A stretch of 63,243 nucleotides of DNA, filler included. It is 6 parts of 6 records of this genome, joined end to end, with 100 filler letters (N's around TTAATTAATTAA, not from the genome) between each part and the next. Parts side by side here need not be neighbours in the genome. Positions count along the whole stretch, not along the records: positions 45,702 to 57,380 come from SRR31156797_1974; positions 57,481 to 63,243 come from SRR31156797_2025; 4 more parts are not named here. One strand, 5' to 3'. Both the position numbers and the translations under genes were made by a program. Below are positions 50,864 to 60,944 of the stretch, piece by piece; the stretch's first letter is position 1; each line of letters begins with the position of its first letter. The notes under the pieces were generated by a model, which saw only the letters and a program-made list of their open reading frames with translations, did no database searches and had not been told where the DNA came from.

Positions 50864-52159
50864 CTATTCACCGAACACTCTTTTGAAGATCATCTCTTCA
50901 TAGCGGGTGTAGTAACCCATATCAAAAGCTTCATCGAGGACACCACTATCAAGGTGAGAATTGATAGTTTCATCCTTACGTACTTCATCAGGGAAGGAGA
51001 CTTTGTTCTCCCAGCAATGCATAGCCACTTTCTGAACCATCTCGTAAGCTTTCTGACGTTCAAGACCGTTTTCCACCAGCGCGATAAGAACCCTCTGGGA
51101 GTAGAACAGGCCATAAGAAGCCATGAGATTGCGGTCCATGTTGTCGCCGTTGATCTTCAGTCTTTTGATTACTCCGGTCATGCGGCCGAGGATGTAGTCG
51201 GCGAGAATGGTGGAGTCAGGCATGATGACCCTTTCCACAGAGGAGTGACTGATGTCGCGCTCGTGCCAGAGAGGCATGTTTTCCATGGAAACAAGACCAT
51301 TGGTACGCAACAGGCGAGAAAGACCGCACAGGTTTTCTGCGGAGATGGGGTTCTTTTTATGAGGCATAGCGGAAGAACCTTTCTGGCCCTTGCTGAAACC
51401 TTCCTCAACTTCCAGTACCTCGGTACGCTGCAGGTGTCTCAGTTCAACGCCAAGACGTTCAATACCGCCGCCGAGCAGGCCCAGTGCGGTGAAAAAGTCC
51501 GCGTGGCGGTCACGCTGTACAATCTGGGTAGAGATGGGGTCCACACCGATTCCGAGCAATTCACAAGTAATGCGCTCTACCTCAGGATCAAGCAGGGCGT
51601 AGGTTCCCACAGCACCGGAGATTTTACCCACGCTGACGCTCTTCAGAGCATCAGCAATGCGCTCGCGATGACGGGAGAACTCAGCATAGAAGCCGGCCAT
51701 TTTCAGACCGAAACTGGTAGGCTCGGCGTGGATACCGTGAGTACGACCCATGCACATACGGCCCTGGTTGGCGTGAGCCATTTCCTTGAGAGCTTCCAGA
51801 AATTCATCAAGGTCGTCCAGAATCATCTTCCCAGCACGGTTGAGCATGACTCCGTTGGCGGTATCGACAATATCGGAAGAAGTGCAACCGAGATGGATGA
51901 AACGAGAGGAAGGACCGACCTTCTCTTCCACTGCGGTCAGGAAGGCGATAACATCATGCTTGGTCTTTTCTTCGATCTCAAGGATGCGATCCAGTTCGAA
52001 ATCAGCCTTTTCACGGATAATTTCCATATCTTCAGCAGGAATCCGGCCAAGCTTGTGCCATGCCTCGCATACAGCTACTTCAACTTCGAGCCACACTCTG
52101 AAGCGATTCTCCAGAGTCCACAGTTCACCCATAGCGGGACGGGTATATCTTTCAATCAT
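50864..52159 (-). CDS. purB: Adenylosuccinate lyase
   Basis: MIERY, HDVIAF, GRTHG, GSSAMPHKKNP signature. Confidence 0.97.
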   Translation of the reverse strand: MIERYTRPAMGELWTLENRFRVWLEVEVAVCEAWHKLGRIPAEDMEIIREKADFELDRILEIEEKTKHDVIAFLTAVEEKVGPSSRFIHLGCTSSDIVDTANGVMLNRAGKMILDDLDEFLEALKEMAHANQGRMCMGRTHGIHAEPTSFGLKMAGFYAEFSRHRERIADALKSVSVGKISGAVGTYALLDPEVERITCELLGIGVDPISTQIVQRDRHADFFTALGLLGGGIERLGVELRHLQRTEVLEVEEGFSKGQKGSSAMPHKKNPISAENLCGLSRLLRTNGLVSMENMPLWHERDISHSSVERVIMPDSTILADYILGRMTGVIKRLKINGDNMDRNLMASYGLFYSQRVLIALVENGLERQKAYEMVQKVAMHCWENKVSFPDEVRKDETINSHLDSGVLDEAFDMGYYTRYEEMIFKRVFGE

Positions 52160-52285
52160 TTTACCAATTCCGGTTAGTTGTTCAGAAACTAAAGGTAATG
52201 TTTAAGACGATCAGGGCCAACCATATTATAAACGGCAGGCCGGGACAAGACACAGGGAAATTTTATCGGACAAAGTTCAGTGCGC

Positions 52286-52322
52286 AAAAAAACAGACGGC
52301 CCGGAATACACCGGGCCGTCTG
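52286..52322 (-). terminator. Intrinsic terminator after the FmdB-like gene
   Basis: CAGACGGCCCGG/CCGGGCCGTCTG stem plus A7. Confidence 0.88.
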
Positions 52323-52333
52323 GCCTTTATCAG

Positions 52334-52621
52334 CTAACTTGATGCGCTGTCGGAACTCTTTGCGGAAGAATCCGAGGATGTGGATGCACTGGCACCGCTC
52401 CCCGCCGGGCTTGAGTTTCCGGTTTTCCCGGCAGCCGAGTCGGTTTTACAGTACCCGGAAGAATACCAGCCTCCGCCCTTAAGTACAAAGCTGGAATTGG
52501 ACAGAACCTTGGTGGCTAAGCCACCGCAGACCGGACACTCCAGTTCCTTATCTTCAAAGCTTGTCTGCCACTCTTCAAATATCTGCTGACATTCATGACA
52601 TTGGTATTCATAAATCGGCAT
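52334..52621 (-). CDS. FmdB-family zinc-ribbon protein
   Basis: MPIYEYQCHEC..CPVCG..F.LKGGGWY; GGAGGG RBS before ATG 52621. Confidence 0.9.
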   Translation of the reverse strand: MPIYEYQCHECQQIFEEWQTSFEDKELECPVCGGLATKVLSNSSFVLKGGGWYSSGYCKTDSAAGKTGNSSPAGSGASASTSSDSSAKSSDSASS

Positions 52622-52766
52622 AATACCCTCCAATAAAAAAAGGCACGCCACACCTCGTGATAGAGGCTGGCGGACCTGTCCCTGAATATGAGGGGCTGAA
52701 CCGGATCAGTCCCGCTTAAAGCCGACCTAAGCCTGCGCGGGGACTGAAACAGATCAGTAAAATAAC

Positions 52767-52880
52767 TTAGCTGGCTGCTGCAGCCTTTGCTTCTGCGATG
52801 CGAGCCTTGATTCTTTTAGCTCTACGATGACGTTTACGCTTAAGTTCTTTCTTTCTTTCGATCTTTTTGTGCCTACCCAT
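52767..52880 (-). CDS. Small highly basic protein, 37 aa (DUF6800-like); below the ORF-track cutoff
   Basis: AGGAGG RBS; MGRHKKIERKKELKRKRHRRAKRIKARIAEAKAAAAS. Confidence 0.75.
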   Translation of the reverse strand: MGRHKKIERKKELKRKRHRRAKRIKARIAEAKAAAAS

Positions 52881-53176
52881 TTGGAGGACCTCCTGAATAT
52901 TTTTTTCGTACTTGCTGCACGATTATATGCTGCAAAGAAGGTGTCATTACCCTAGAAAAGGGACTGTTGTAAAGAACTTAAGCTAACACAATTCGACAGA
53001 CTTCTCCGCTTATTCAACAAAATATTTTTTTCACAAATCAACCACCTGTTATTTAAAGCCTTTTTAATACAGACATAATTTTACCCCTTGACTACAGGCC
53101 GCATCATGAACATATAAAACTTTCCCTGCCGGAGCGGAGTAATTCTCCCCGGCAAAAAGCCTGCGAGGAGAAAACC

Positions 53177-53695
53177 ATGAAGAAAGCTAAGACAAACAAA
53201 GCATTTGATAGAGCCGTTGAAGATATCACCGAAGTATTCATGTTCGACCATTGGACAAGATTCTACTTCATCTTTGAAGAAGGCAAAAAATTAATGGTCA
53301 ACGTTCCAGACGAGGTATCGAACCAAGTCGAAAAAGAATATCCCGGCCTGAAAGGATTGCTTGACCTCATGAACAATGAGGAAATCGACCAGCAGAAATC
53401 TATGAATACCGTTTGTTCCTACATCGGTTCTCGCTTTGACGGAAGCAAGTACAGCGACAAAATCGTACCTAAAGTTTTTGACTCCAAAGCTTTCAAAATG
53501 GAAATGTACCTTTTCAACCTCTGGATTAAAGGACACGAATCCTACCTCGAATCCGAAGTAATGACTTTCACTGACTGGAAGGAACTCTATTCCGGCTGGA
53601 GAGAACAGGACGAGGTGAAGAACTACGTGGAAAGACTGGGCAACGCCGGAAGCGGCGCACACATCCAGCCCCCGACCTGCTCCACCGTCCAATAG
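53177..53695 (+). CDS. Conserved hypothetical protein
   Basis: GAGGAG RBS, plausible composition, followed by a terminator. Confidence 0.8.
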   Translation: MKKAKTNKAFDRAVEDITEVFMFDHWTRFYFIFEEGKKLMVNVPDEVSNQVEKEYPGLKGLLDLMNNEEIDQQKSMNTVCSYIGSRFDGSKYSDKIVPKVFDSKAFKMEMYLFNLWIKGHESYLESEVMTFTDWKELYSGWREQDEVKNYVERLGNAGSGAHIQPPTCSTVQ

Positions 53696-53717
53696 CAATA
53701 AATATATTAGATAAATT

Positions 53718-53751
53718 AAAAGGGAGTCCGCGATGCGGACTCCCTTTTTTT
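53718..53751. terminator. Bidirectional intrinsic terminator
   Basis: AAAAGGGAGTCCGC-GAT-GCGGACTCCCTTTTTTT. Confidence 0.9.
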
Positions 53752-53755
53752 CATC

Positions 53756-54307
53756 TTAAATAACCCTACGCGCCCCGATATAATACTTGCGCCAGTAATT
53801 CTTTTCCATGGACTCTTCGCGTACTTTATGTCCGCTCTTGGGGCTGTGAATAAACGAATAACCATTTCCGGAATATATCCCGGTATGAAGACTTTTCCCC
53901 TGTCCGGGAATCTTAAAGAGCACGATATCACCGGCCTGTATCTCACTTCTGCGAACAGCCTTCCCGACTCCCTTCTGCTGCCATGAGACCCGAGGGACAC
54001 TGACCCCGTGGCGCTGATAGACCCACCAGACCAGCCCGGAACAATCAAACCCCTCGTTCGGAGATGCCCCGCCCCATTTATAAGGTTTGCCGATCTGGGA
54101 CCGCGCACTTTTTACCACTGAAGACTTCAGTGATAAATGCGAAACCTCCCCCCCGTCATCAGCACCAGGAAATCCGATGACCTTTTTGCCGCACCCGGAT
54201 ATAAAAACCAGCAAACAGCAAAAAAAAGCCAGCCGCAGAATTCTATTTTTCACAACTCCCCATCTATTCATACCATAGTTTCTATCTCGAAAAATTGGCA
54301 TTAACAA
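53756..54307 (-). CDS. NlpC/P60 (C40) cell-wall peptidase lipoprotein
   Basis: Lipobox ISGC; GKPYKWGG..GFDCSG, HTGIY, FIHSP; true start probably later (54271 or downstream). Confidence 0.9.
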   Translation of the reverse strand: MLMPIFRDRNYGMNRWGVVKNRILRLAFFCCLLVFISGCGKKVIGFPGADDGGEVSHLSLKSSVVKSARSQIGKPYKWGGASPNEGFDCSGLVWWVYQRHGVSVPRVSWQQKGVGKAVRRSEIQAGDIVLFKIPGQGKSLHTGIYSGNGYSFIHSPKSGHKVREESMEKNYWRKYYIGARRVI

Positions 54308-54335
54308 TAGATTTAACCACTACCACCTAACAGGC

Positions 54336-54483
54336 TGGTTACATTTTTCACAAAATAATTTTCAATTATCAGTAATCTCTATAGGTAGATAAACCCATTC
54401 CATCTCAATTAGCTGTTGACTTTTCTTCAAATTTTGAAGACTAATTTGTACAGTTTAGGTGATAATTGTGAAACATTTTCAAG
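54336..54483 (+). promoter_or_regulatory. Candidate operators upstream of ech (Rex-like sites and a perfect palindrome)
   Basis: TGGTTACATTTTTCACAA (54336-54353) and TTGTGAAACATTTTCAAG (54466-54483) partly match TTGTGAA-N4-TTCACAA; TCTTCAAA-T-TTTGAAGA at 54424-54440. Confidence 0.35.
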
Positions 54484-54566
54484 AGTTGCACAAAACCTAA
54501 AAAGTTAACACGGCTGAGGCACTTTTTCCAAAATCTGGTACAACATCGCGTTACAGTGAGGTCCGT

Positions 54567-56471
54567 ATGTTGCCCATGATGTTAGTTCTGGCCATCTTGT
54601 TGCCCTTGGTGGCTGCTGTCGGCTGCTATTTCCTGCGTGTAAGCGCGATCAGGTCTCTGATCGTTCTTGCTACAGGCGTAGTTCTCGCCGCGGTCTCCCT
54701 TGCCCTGCTCGGTCAAGGGTCTTTTACCTATTCTCCAGGTACAATTGTAGGAATCAGTTGGGATTCCCTCATAACCCTGGCGGATTTTGCCCTGCTTTTC
54801 GTAATGCTCTATTACGCTTTCAAACTCAAAAATCAGATGATCAAGATCTTCGTGATCTTACAGATTATTCCGCTTGCTGCGTTTGAATTGTTCTTCGTCG
54901 ACCATGCGGTCGAGACTCCCGCTATTTTTGCGGACAGCCTCGCCCTGATCATGGTTGCCGTCATCTCCATCATCGGATCGCTGATTTGTTTCTTCGCGAT
55001 TCCCTACATGAAGGAGCATGAGGAACACATGCACTTGGTAAAATCCCGCCAGCCGCAATTCTTTTTCTTCCTCGTTCTGTTCCTCGGAGCAATGAACGGG
55101 CTGGTCCTTTCCAACAACATTCTCTGGCTCTACTTCTTCTTTGAAGTGACCACTTTCTGTTCTTTCATGCTCATCGGGCATGACCAGACTCAGATTGCGG
55201 TCAAGAACGCTACCCGCGCCCTGATGCTCAACGCACTCGGCGGTGTTGCTTTCGTCTTCGGTATGATTTGGGCCTACGCTGAAACCGGCTCCCTTGACCT
55301 TCAGGTCATCATTCAGGCCGGCCCCATGGGCGGCCTTATGCTTGCTCCTCTGGGTCTGCTCTGTCTCGCAGGTTTCACCAAAGCCGCTCAGGTTCCTTTC
55401 CAGAGCTGGCTGCTCGGAGCGATGGTTGCGCCGACTCCGGTCTCCGCACTGCTTCACTCCTCCACCATGGTTAAGGCCGGTGTATACATCGTCCTGAGAC
55501 TCGCTCCCGCTTACGCAGGAACCTTCCTCAGCCAGGGTGTGGCACTCTGTGGTGCCTTTACCTTCCTTGCCTGTGCTGCCATTGCGGTCAGCCAGAGCAA
55601 CGGCAAGAAAATCCTTGCCTACTCTACTATCAGTAACCTCGGTTTGATTATCTGTTGTGCCGGCCTGAACACTAGCTGGGCCATCACTGCAGCAATCATC
55701 CTGATTATCTTCCACGCAGCCTCCAAGGCCCTGCTCTTCCTGTGCGTCGGCACAATTGAACACGGTATCGGCAGCCGCGACATCGAAGACATGCACGGCC
55801 TGTATCTCAAGATGCCCCGCACTGCGATCATTACCATCGTGGGCGTCATGACCATGCTCCTGCCTCCTTTCGGTGTTCTGCTCGGTAAGTGGATGGCTAT
55901 TGAATCCGCATCCGGCGACATGTTTGTAATCACCATGCTCGCTCTTGGTAGTGCGGTTTCACTTGTATTCTGGGCCCGCTGGGCAGGTATCCTGCTCACC
56001 GCTCCTCTGCGCGACAAAGTTCCCGCAGAATCCCAGAGTGTATTGACAAGACTGACCCTGACCGCTCTTGCCGGTATCGCAGTGGTTCTGTCTTTCTTCT
56101 CTCCTGTTATCTACACCAAGCTCATTGAGCCTATGGTCGGCAAGTCCTTTGAAATCACTGCTGGCGTATTCACATCACCCGTGGGTGTTTTTGCTGTCTA
56201 CCCCATCTTTATCATCCTTGCCGCCGCGTTCATCTACTCATGGATTGAGACCAAGAAGTCTGCAACCGATAAGACTTCCCAGACTTACATGTGTGGTGCC
56301 AACGTTCCTGAAGCTGGCGTTCAGTCCTTCATCGGACCCATGAACGGCCCGGTAGAACTCAAGGCAAGTAACTACTACATGAAAGAGTTCTTCGGTGAAG
56401 AAAAGCTCACCCTCTGGGTCAACTTTGTTGCTCTGGCTCTCATCGTTCTTATGCTGGGAGGTGCTCTGTAA
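54567..56471 (+). CDS. echA: Energy-converting hydrogenase subunit A (NuoL/MrpA-like)
   Basis: FFEVTT, KAAQVPF.SWL..AM.APTPVSALLHSSTMV, YST; followed by echB/echC-like genes. Confidence 0.88.
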   Translation: MLPMMLVLAILLPLVAAVGCYFLRVSAIRSLIVLATGVVLAAVSLALLGQGSFTYSPGTIVGISWDSLITLADFALLFVMLYYAFKLKNQMIKIFVILQIIPLAAFELFFVDHAVETPAIFADSLALIMVAVISIIGSLICFFAIPYMKEHEEHMHLVKSRQPQFFFFLVLFLGAMNGLVLSNNILWLYFFFEVTTFCSFMLIGHDQTQIAVKNATRALMLNALGGVAFVFGMIWAYAETGSLDLQVIIQAGPMGGLMLAPLGLLCLAGFTKAAQVPFQSWLLGAMVAPTPVSALLHSSTMVKAGVYIVLRLAPAYAGTFLSQGVALCGAFTFLACAAIAVSQSNGKKILAYSTISNLGLIICCAGLNTSWAITAAIILIIFHAASKALLFLCVGTIEHGIGSRDIEDMHGLYLKMPRTAIITIVGVMTMLLPPFGVLLGKWMAIESASGDMFVITMLALGSAVSLVFWARWAGILLTAPLRDKVPAESQSVLTRLTLTALAGIAVVLSFFSPVIYTKLIEPMVGKSFEITAGVFTSPVGVFAVYPIFIILAAAFIYSWIETKKSATDKTSQTYMCGANVPEAGVQSFIGPMNGPVELKASNYYMKEFFGEEKLTLWVNFVALALIVLMLGGAL

Positions 56472-57319
56472 TGAAAACTTTGATTCTCATCATACTCGGC
56501 ATCGTTATTGCTCCTATTCTGGGCGGCCTTATTGCCGGTCTTGACAGACGCCTTACTGCGCGCCTGCAGTCCCGTTTCGGTCCCCCGATCCTGCAGCCCT
56601 TTTACGATGTTGCAAAACTGTTCGGTAAAGACAAAGTTGTCAGCAACTTCTGGCAGGTTTTCTGTTCATGGGTTTACCTCATTGCAGCAGCCCTGTCCGT
56701 TGGCCTGCTCTTTGCCGGAAGCGACCTGCTCCTGATCTTCTTTGTTCAGGCTATTGGCGCTGTCTTCCTGGTTATGGGCGGTCTTTCTACTCCGTCCCCA
56801 TACAGCCAGGTTGGTTCCCAGCGCGAACTGATTCAGGTCTTGACCTACGAACCGCTCCTCATCCTCGTTTTCGCATCCATTTTTATGGTAACCGGAAGCT
56901 TCAGGATTGATGAGATCATGGCCTACGACCAGCCTCTGCTTGTGCAGCTGCCGCTCATGTTCGTAGTCCTCGGTTACGCTCTGACCATCAAGCTGAGAAA
57001 ATCCCCCTTTGACTTCTCCACTTCCCACCACGGGCATCAGGAGCTGGTTAAAGGTATGCTTACCGAGTTCTCCGGTCCCTACCTTGGCATTATCGAAATC
57101 GGCCACTGGTATGAGACCATTTTCATTCTCGGTATTTGTGCTCTCTTCTGGCACACCAGCCTGGTAGGTTGCGTACTTCTGATCGCATCCACCTACTTTG
57201 CAGAGTTGCTCATAGATAACACTATGGCGCGCATGACCTGGCGCTGGATGCTTAAGTACGTATGGAGCATCGGCCTGGCCATGTCTTTCGTCAACCTCAT
57301 CTGGCTGTACGCAGGTTAA
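56471..57319 (+). CDS. echB: Energy-converting hydrogenase subunit B (NuoH-like)
   Basis: DRRLTARLQSR.GPP.LQPFYD..KL, KSPFD...HQELVKG..TEFSG. Confidence 0.9.
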   Translation: MKTLILIILGIVIAPILGGLIAGLDRRLTARLQSRFGPPILQPFYDVAKLFGKDKVVSNFWQVFCSWVYLIAAALSVGLLFAGSDLLLIFFVQAIGAVFLVMGGLSTPSPYSQVGSQRELIQVLTYEPLLILVFASIFMVTGSFRIDEIMAYDQPLLVQLPLMFVVLGYALTIKLRKSPFDFSTSHHGHQELVKGMLTEFSGPYLGIIEIGHWYETIFILGICALFWHTSLVGCVLLIASTYFAELLIDNTMARMTWRWMLKYVWSIGLAMSFVNLIWLYAG

Positions 57320-57323
57320 GCTT

Positions 57324-57380
57324 ATGTTCAAGAAATTCATTGGAAATTCACGCGCCAAGTCTCCGTGGATCATGCATTTT
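57324..57380 (+). CDS. echC: Ech small subunit, 5' fragment
   Basis: MFKKFIGNSRAKSPWIMHF; KSPW precedes the CxxC of NuoB-type subunits; position after echB. Confidence 0.7.
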
Positions 57381-57480
57381 NNNNNNNNNNNNNNNNNNNN
57401 NNNNNNNNNNNNNNNNNNNNNNNNTTAATTAATTAANNNNNNNNNNNNNNNNNNNNNNNNNNNNNNNNNNNNNNNNNNNN
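57381..57480. other. Artificial contig linker
   Basis: 44 N + TTAATTAATTAA + 44 N. Confidence 0.99.
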
Positions 57481-57948
57481 ACAGCTTTTAAGGACAAGCT
57501 AAAACTGCAAATAATTGGCATTACTGATGCCGGATTAGGGAAAAGCCTAGATCAATTTCCTCTTCTAAAAGAAAGAACCAGTGTTACAGGTTATATTCCG
57601 CACGAGCAGGTAGTTGAAAAGTACCAGGAATCGTCGTGTTTGCTGCTGCTTTTAAACAACACAAAAAATTCTGACGGCCATATTCCAGGTAAGTTTTTCG
57701 AATATATTGCATCCGGAAAACCAGTTTTGGCTATTGCACCGGAAAGTTCGGATGTTGCAAAAATTATTCAAGAAAACGAACTTGGTTTTGCTTGTGATTT
57801 TGGGGATACAATAAAAATAAAGACGGCTATTTTCAACATTACCAAATGCCCAGTTCCTCAAAATAAAATAACTTCTGTGCACCAATTTTCCAGAAAAACA
57901 CTTTCAGTTAAACTTGGAAAAATTATGAATAAAATTATCTTAATCTAG
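57481..57948 (+). CDS. GT4-like glycosyltransferase, 3' fragment
   Basis: Frame open from the contig edge: GYIPH..V......LLL...IPGKFFEYIASGKPVL. Confidence 0.82.
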   Translation, partial: TAFKDKLKLQIIGITDAGLGKSLDQFPLLKERTSVTGYIPHEQVVEKYQESSCLLLLLNNTKNSDGHIPGKFFEYIASGKPVLAIAPESSDVAKIIQENELGFACDFGDTIKIKTAIFNITKCPVPQNKITSVHQFSRKTLSVKLGKIMNKIILI

Positions 57949-58303
57949 CTGCTAAAATCTTCTTAATTTGAACTGAATTATTTACAATGAATTTAATTAA
58001 TTTCAATCGGTCAGCTTCACTCCCAACTTGTCAACTTAAATATGCAGGATATATCGGGTGGTAGATTACGAGGTGTCAAGTTGCAAATTTTCCTTATTAT
58101 TGTCGCCAAAAACGGATAATACCGATTATCAATTGACTTTTGTTTTGAGTTCTCATCACTCCTAAAGCCACTTCAATTGCATATTGGCATTAAGCATTGT
58201 AATTTCACAGTTCTGTTAAATCTCACTTTGAAATACAATTAATTATTTAATTTCTCTAGGAATTACTATTTTAAACGGAAAGATTAAACAACTATTGAGT
58301 ATC

Positions 58304-59071
58304 ATGTCAACAAATGAAAGTATAGGTATTATCATTCAGGCCAGAACAGGTTCGACTCGTCTGCCACAAAAGACGATACTGCCTTTTTATAATGACAAAG
58401 GTATTCTGGAATTATTATTGGACAAGCTTTTAGCTGCAGAATTAGGCATCCCAATTATTGTTGCAACAACGGATAAAGAAGAAGATCTTAAAATATCCGA
58501 AATTGTTAGTAATAAGAACAAAATTGGAATATATCATGGCTCTGAGCATAATGTCCTTAGGCGATTTATAGACACGGCAGATCATTATAATTTGAATAAA
58601 ATAATTAGGATATGCGCGGACAATCCATTTTTAGACCTAGAATCGTTAAAATACCTTATTGAAAATTTCAACAAGTATAATTGCGATTACTTAAGCTTTA
58701 AAATCGATAATATCCCATCTATAAAAACACACTATGGCTTTTGGGCAGAAGCAGTTAGTTTAAAGGCACTTAAAAACACATTTCTACAGACAAATAATAC
58801 ATTATATCTTGAGCATGTTACCAATTATATCTATGAAAACAATACGAGTTTTAACGTTAAATTTATTGAGGTAATTCCAACGCTTTCTAACGGTATAAGG
58901 CTAACTTTGGACGATATAGAAGATTTTAAGCTTCAACAGCAAATATTTTCAGATTTAGCAAAGATCCATGGAGAGTCATCTTTCTCTATTCAAAATATAT
59001 TAGAATATGTGCAAACTCATAAAGATCTAATTGAAGTTATGAAACAGCAAATTAAAAAATATTCAAAATAA
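58304..59071 (+). CDS. SpsF-like nonulosonate cytidylyltransferase
   Basis: IIQARTGSTRLP.K, GSE.NVL.RF, RICADNP, EHVT, RLTLD..ED. Confidence 0.85.
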   Translation: MSTNESIGIIIQARTGSTRLPQKTILPFYNDKGILELLLDKLLAAELGIPIIVATTDKEEDLKISEIVSNKNKIGIYHGSEHNVLRRFIDTADHYNLNKIIRICADNPFLDLESLKYLIENFNKYNCDYLSFKIDNIPSIKTHYGFWAEAVSLKALKNTFLQTNNTLYLEHVTNYIYENNTSFNVKFIEVIPTLSNGIRLTLDDIEDFKLQQQIFSDLAKIHGESSFSIQNILEYVQTHKDLIEVMKQQIKKYSK

Positions 59072-59072
59072 A

Positions 59073-60622
<1,550 letters not shown>

Positions 60623-60944
60623 TTATGCCCTAAATAAAACTCTAATGATTATAGAAAATCTATACGAAATATTCTTCCCATTAAAGAAATCAATTGAAAG
60701 AAAGGGTAAACACAATACAAATTATATTCCCATTTCTACAATAATGCAATGGGGCGATATTCTTTGATGAAATCGGGAATCACTTACACAGCTTTGTTTT
60801 TATCTAATTATTTCAATTTTAGATTTGGTGATACGTTGGCCAAGAGTTATTTATCGAAGCGAATATGAAATTAACTAAAAACAATTATAATATCTACTCG
60901 CAAGATATTACCCTAATCCAGATTTCAAATACAGATATTTTGAA

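Noticed and set aside
50954-52177. 407-aa plus-strand ORF
   Set aside because: Antisense shadow of purB produced by codon bias; no recognisable motifs
54858-57373. 312-aa and 235-aa minus-strand ORFs
   Set aside because: Antisense shadows of echA and echB
57950-58300. Long intergenic gaps in the glycan locus (also 60623-60944) as IS remnants or ncRNA
   Set aside because: Only short chance-level inverted repeats; no transposase fragment or convincing structure
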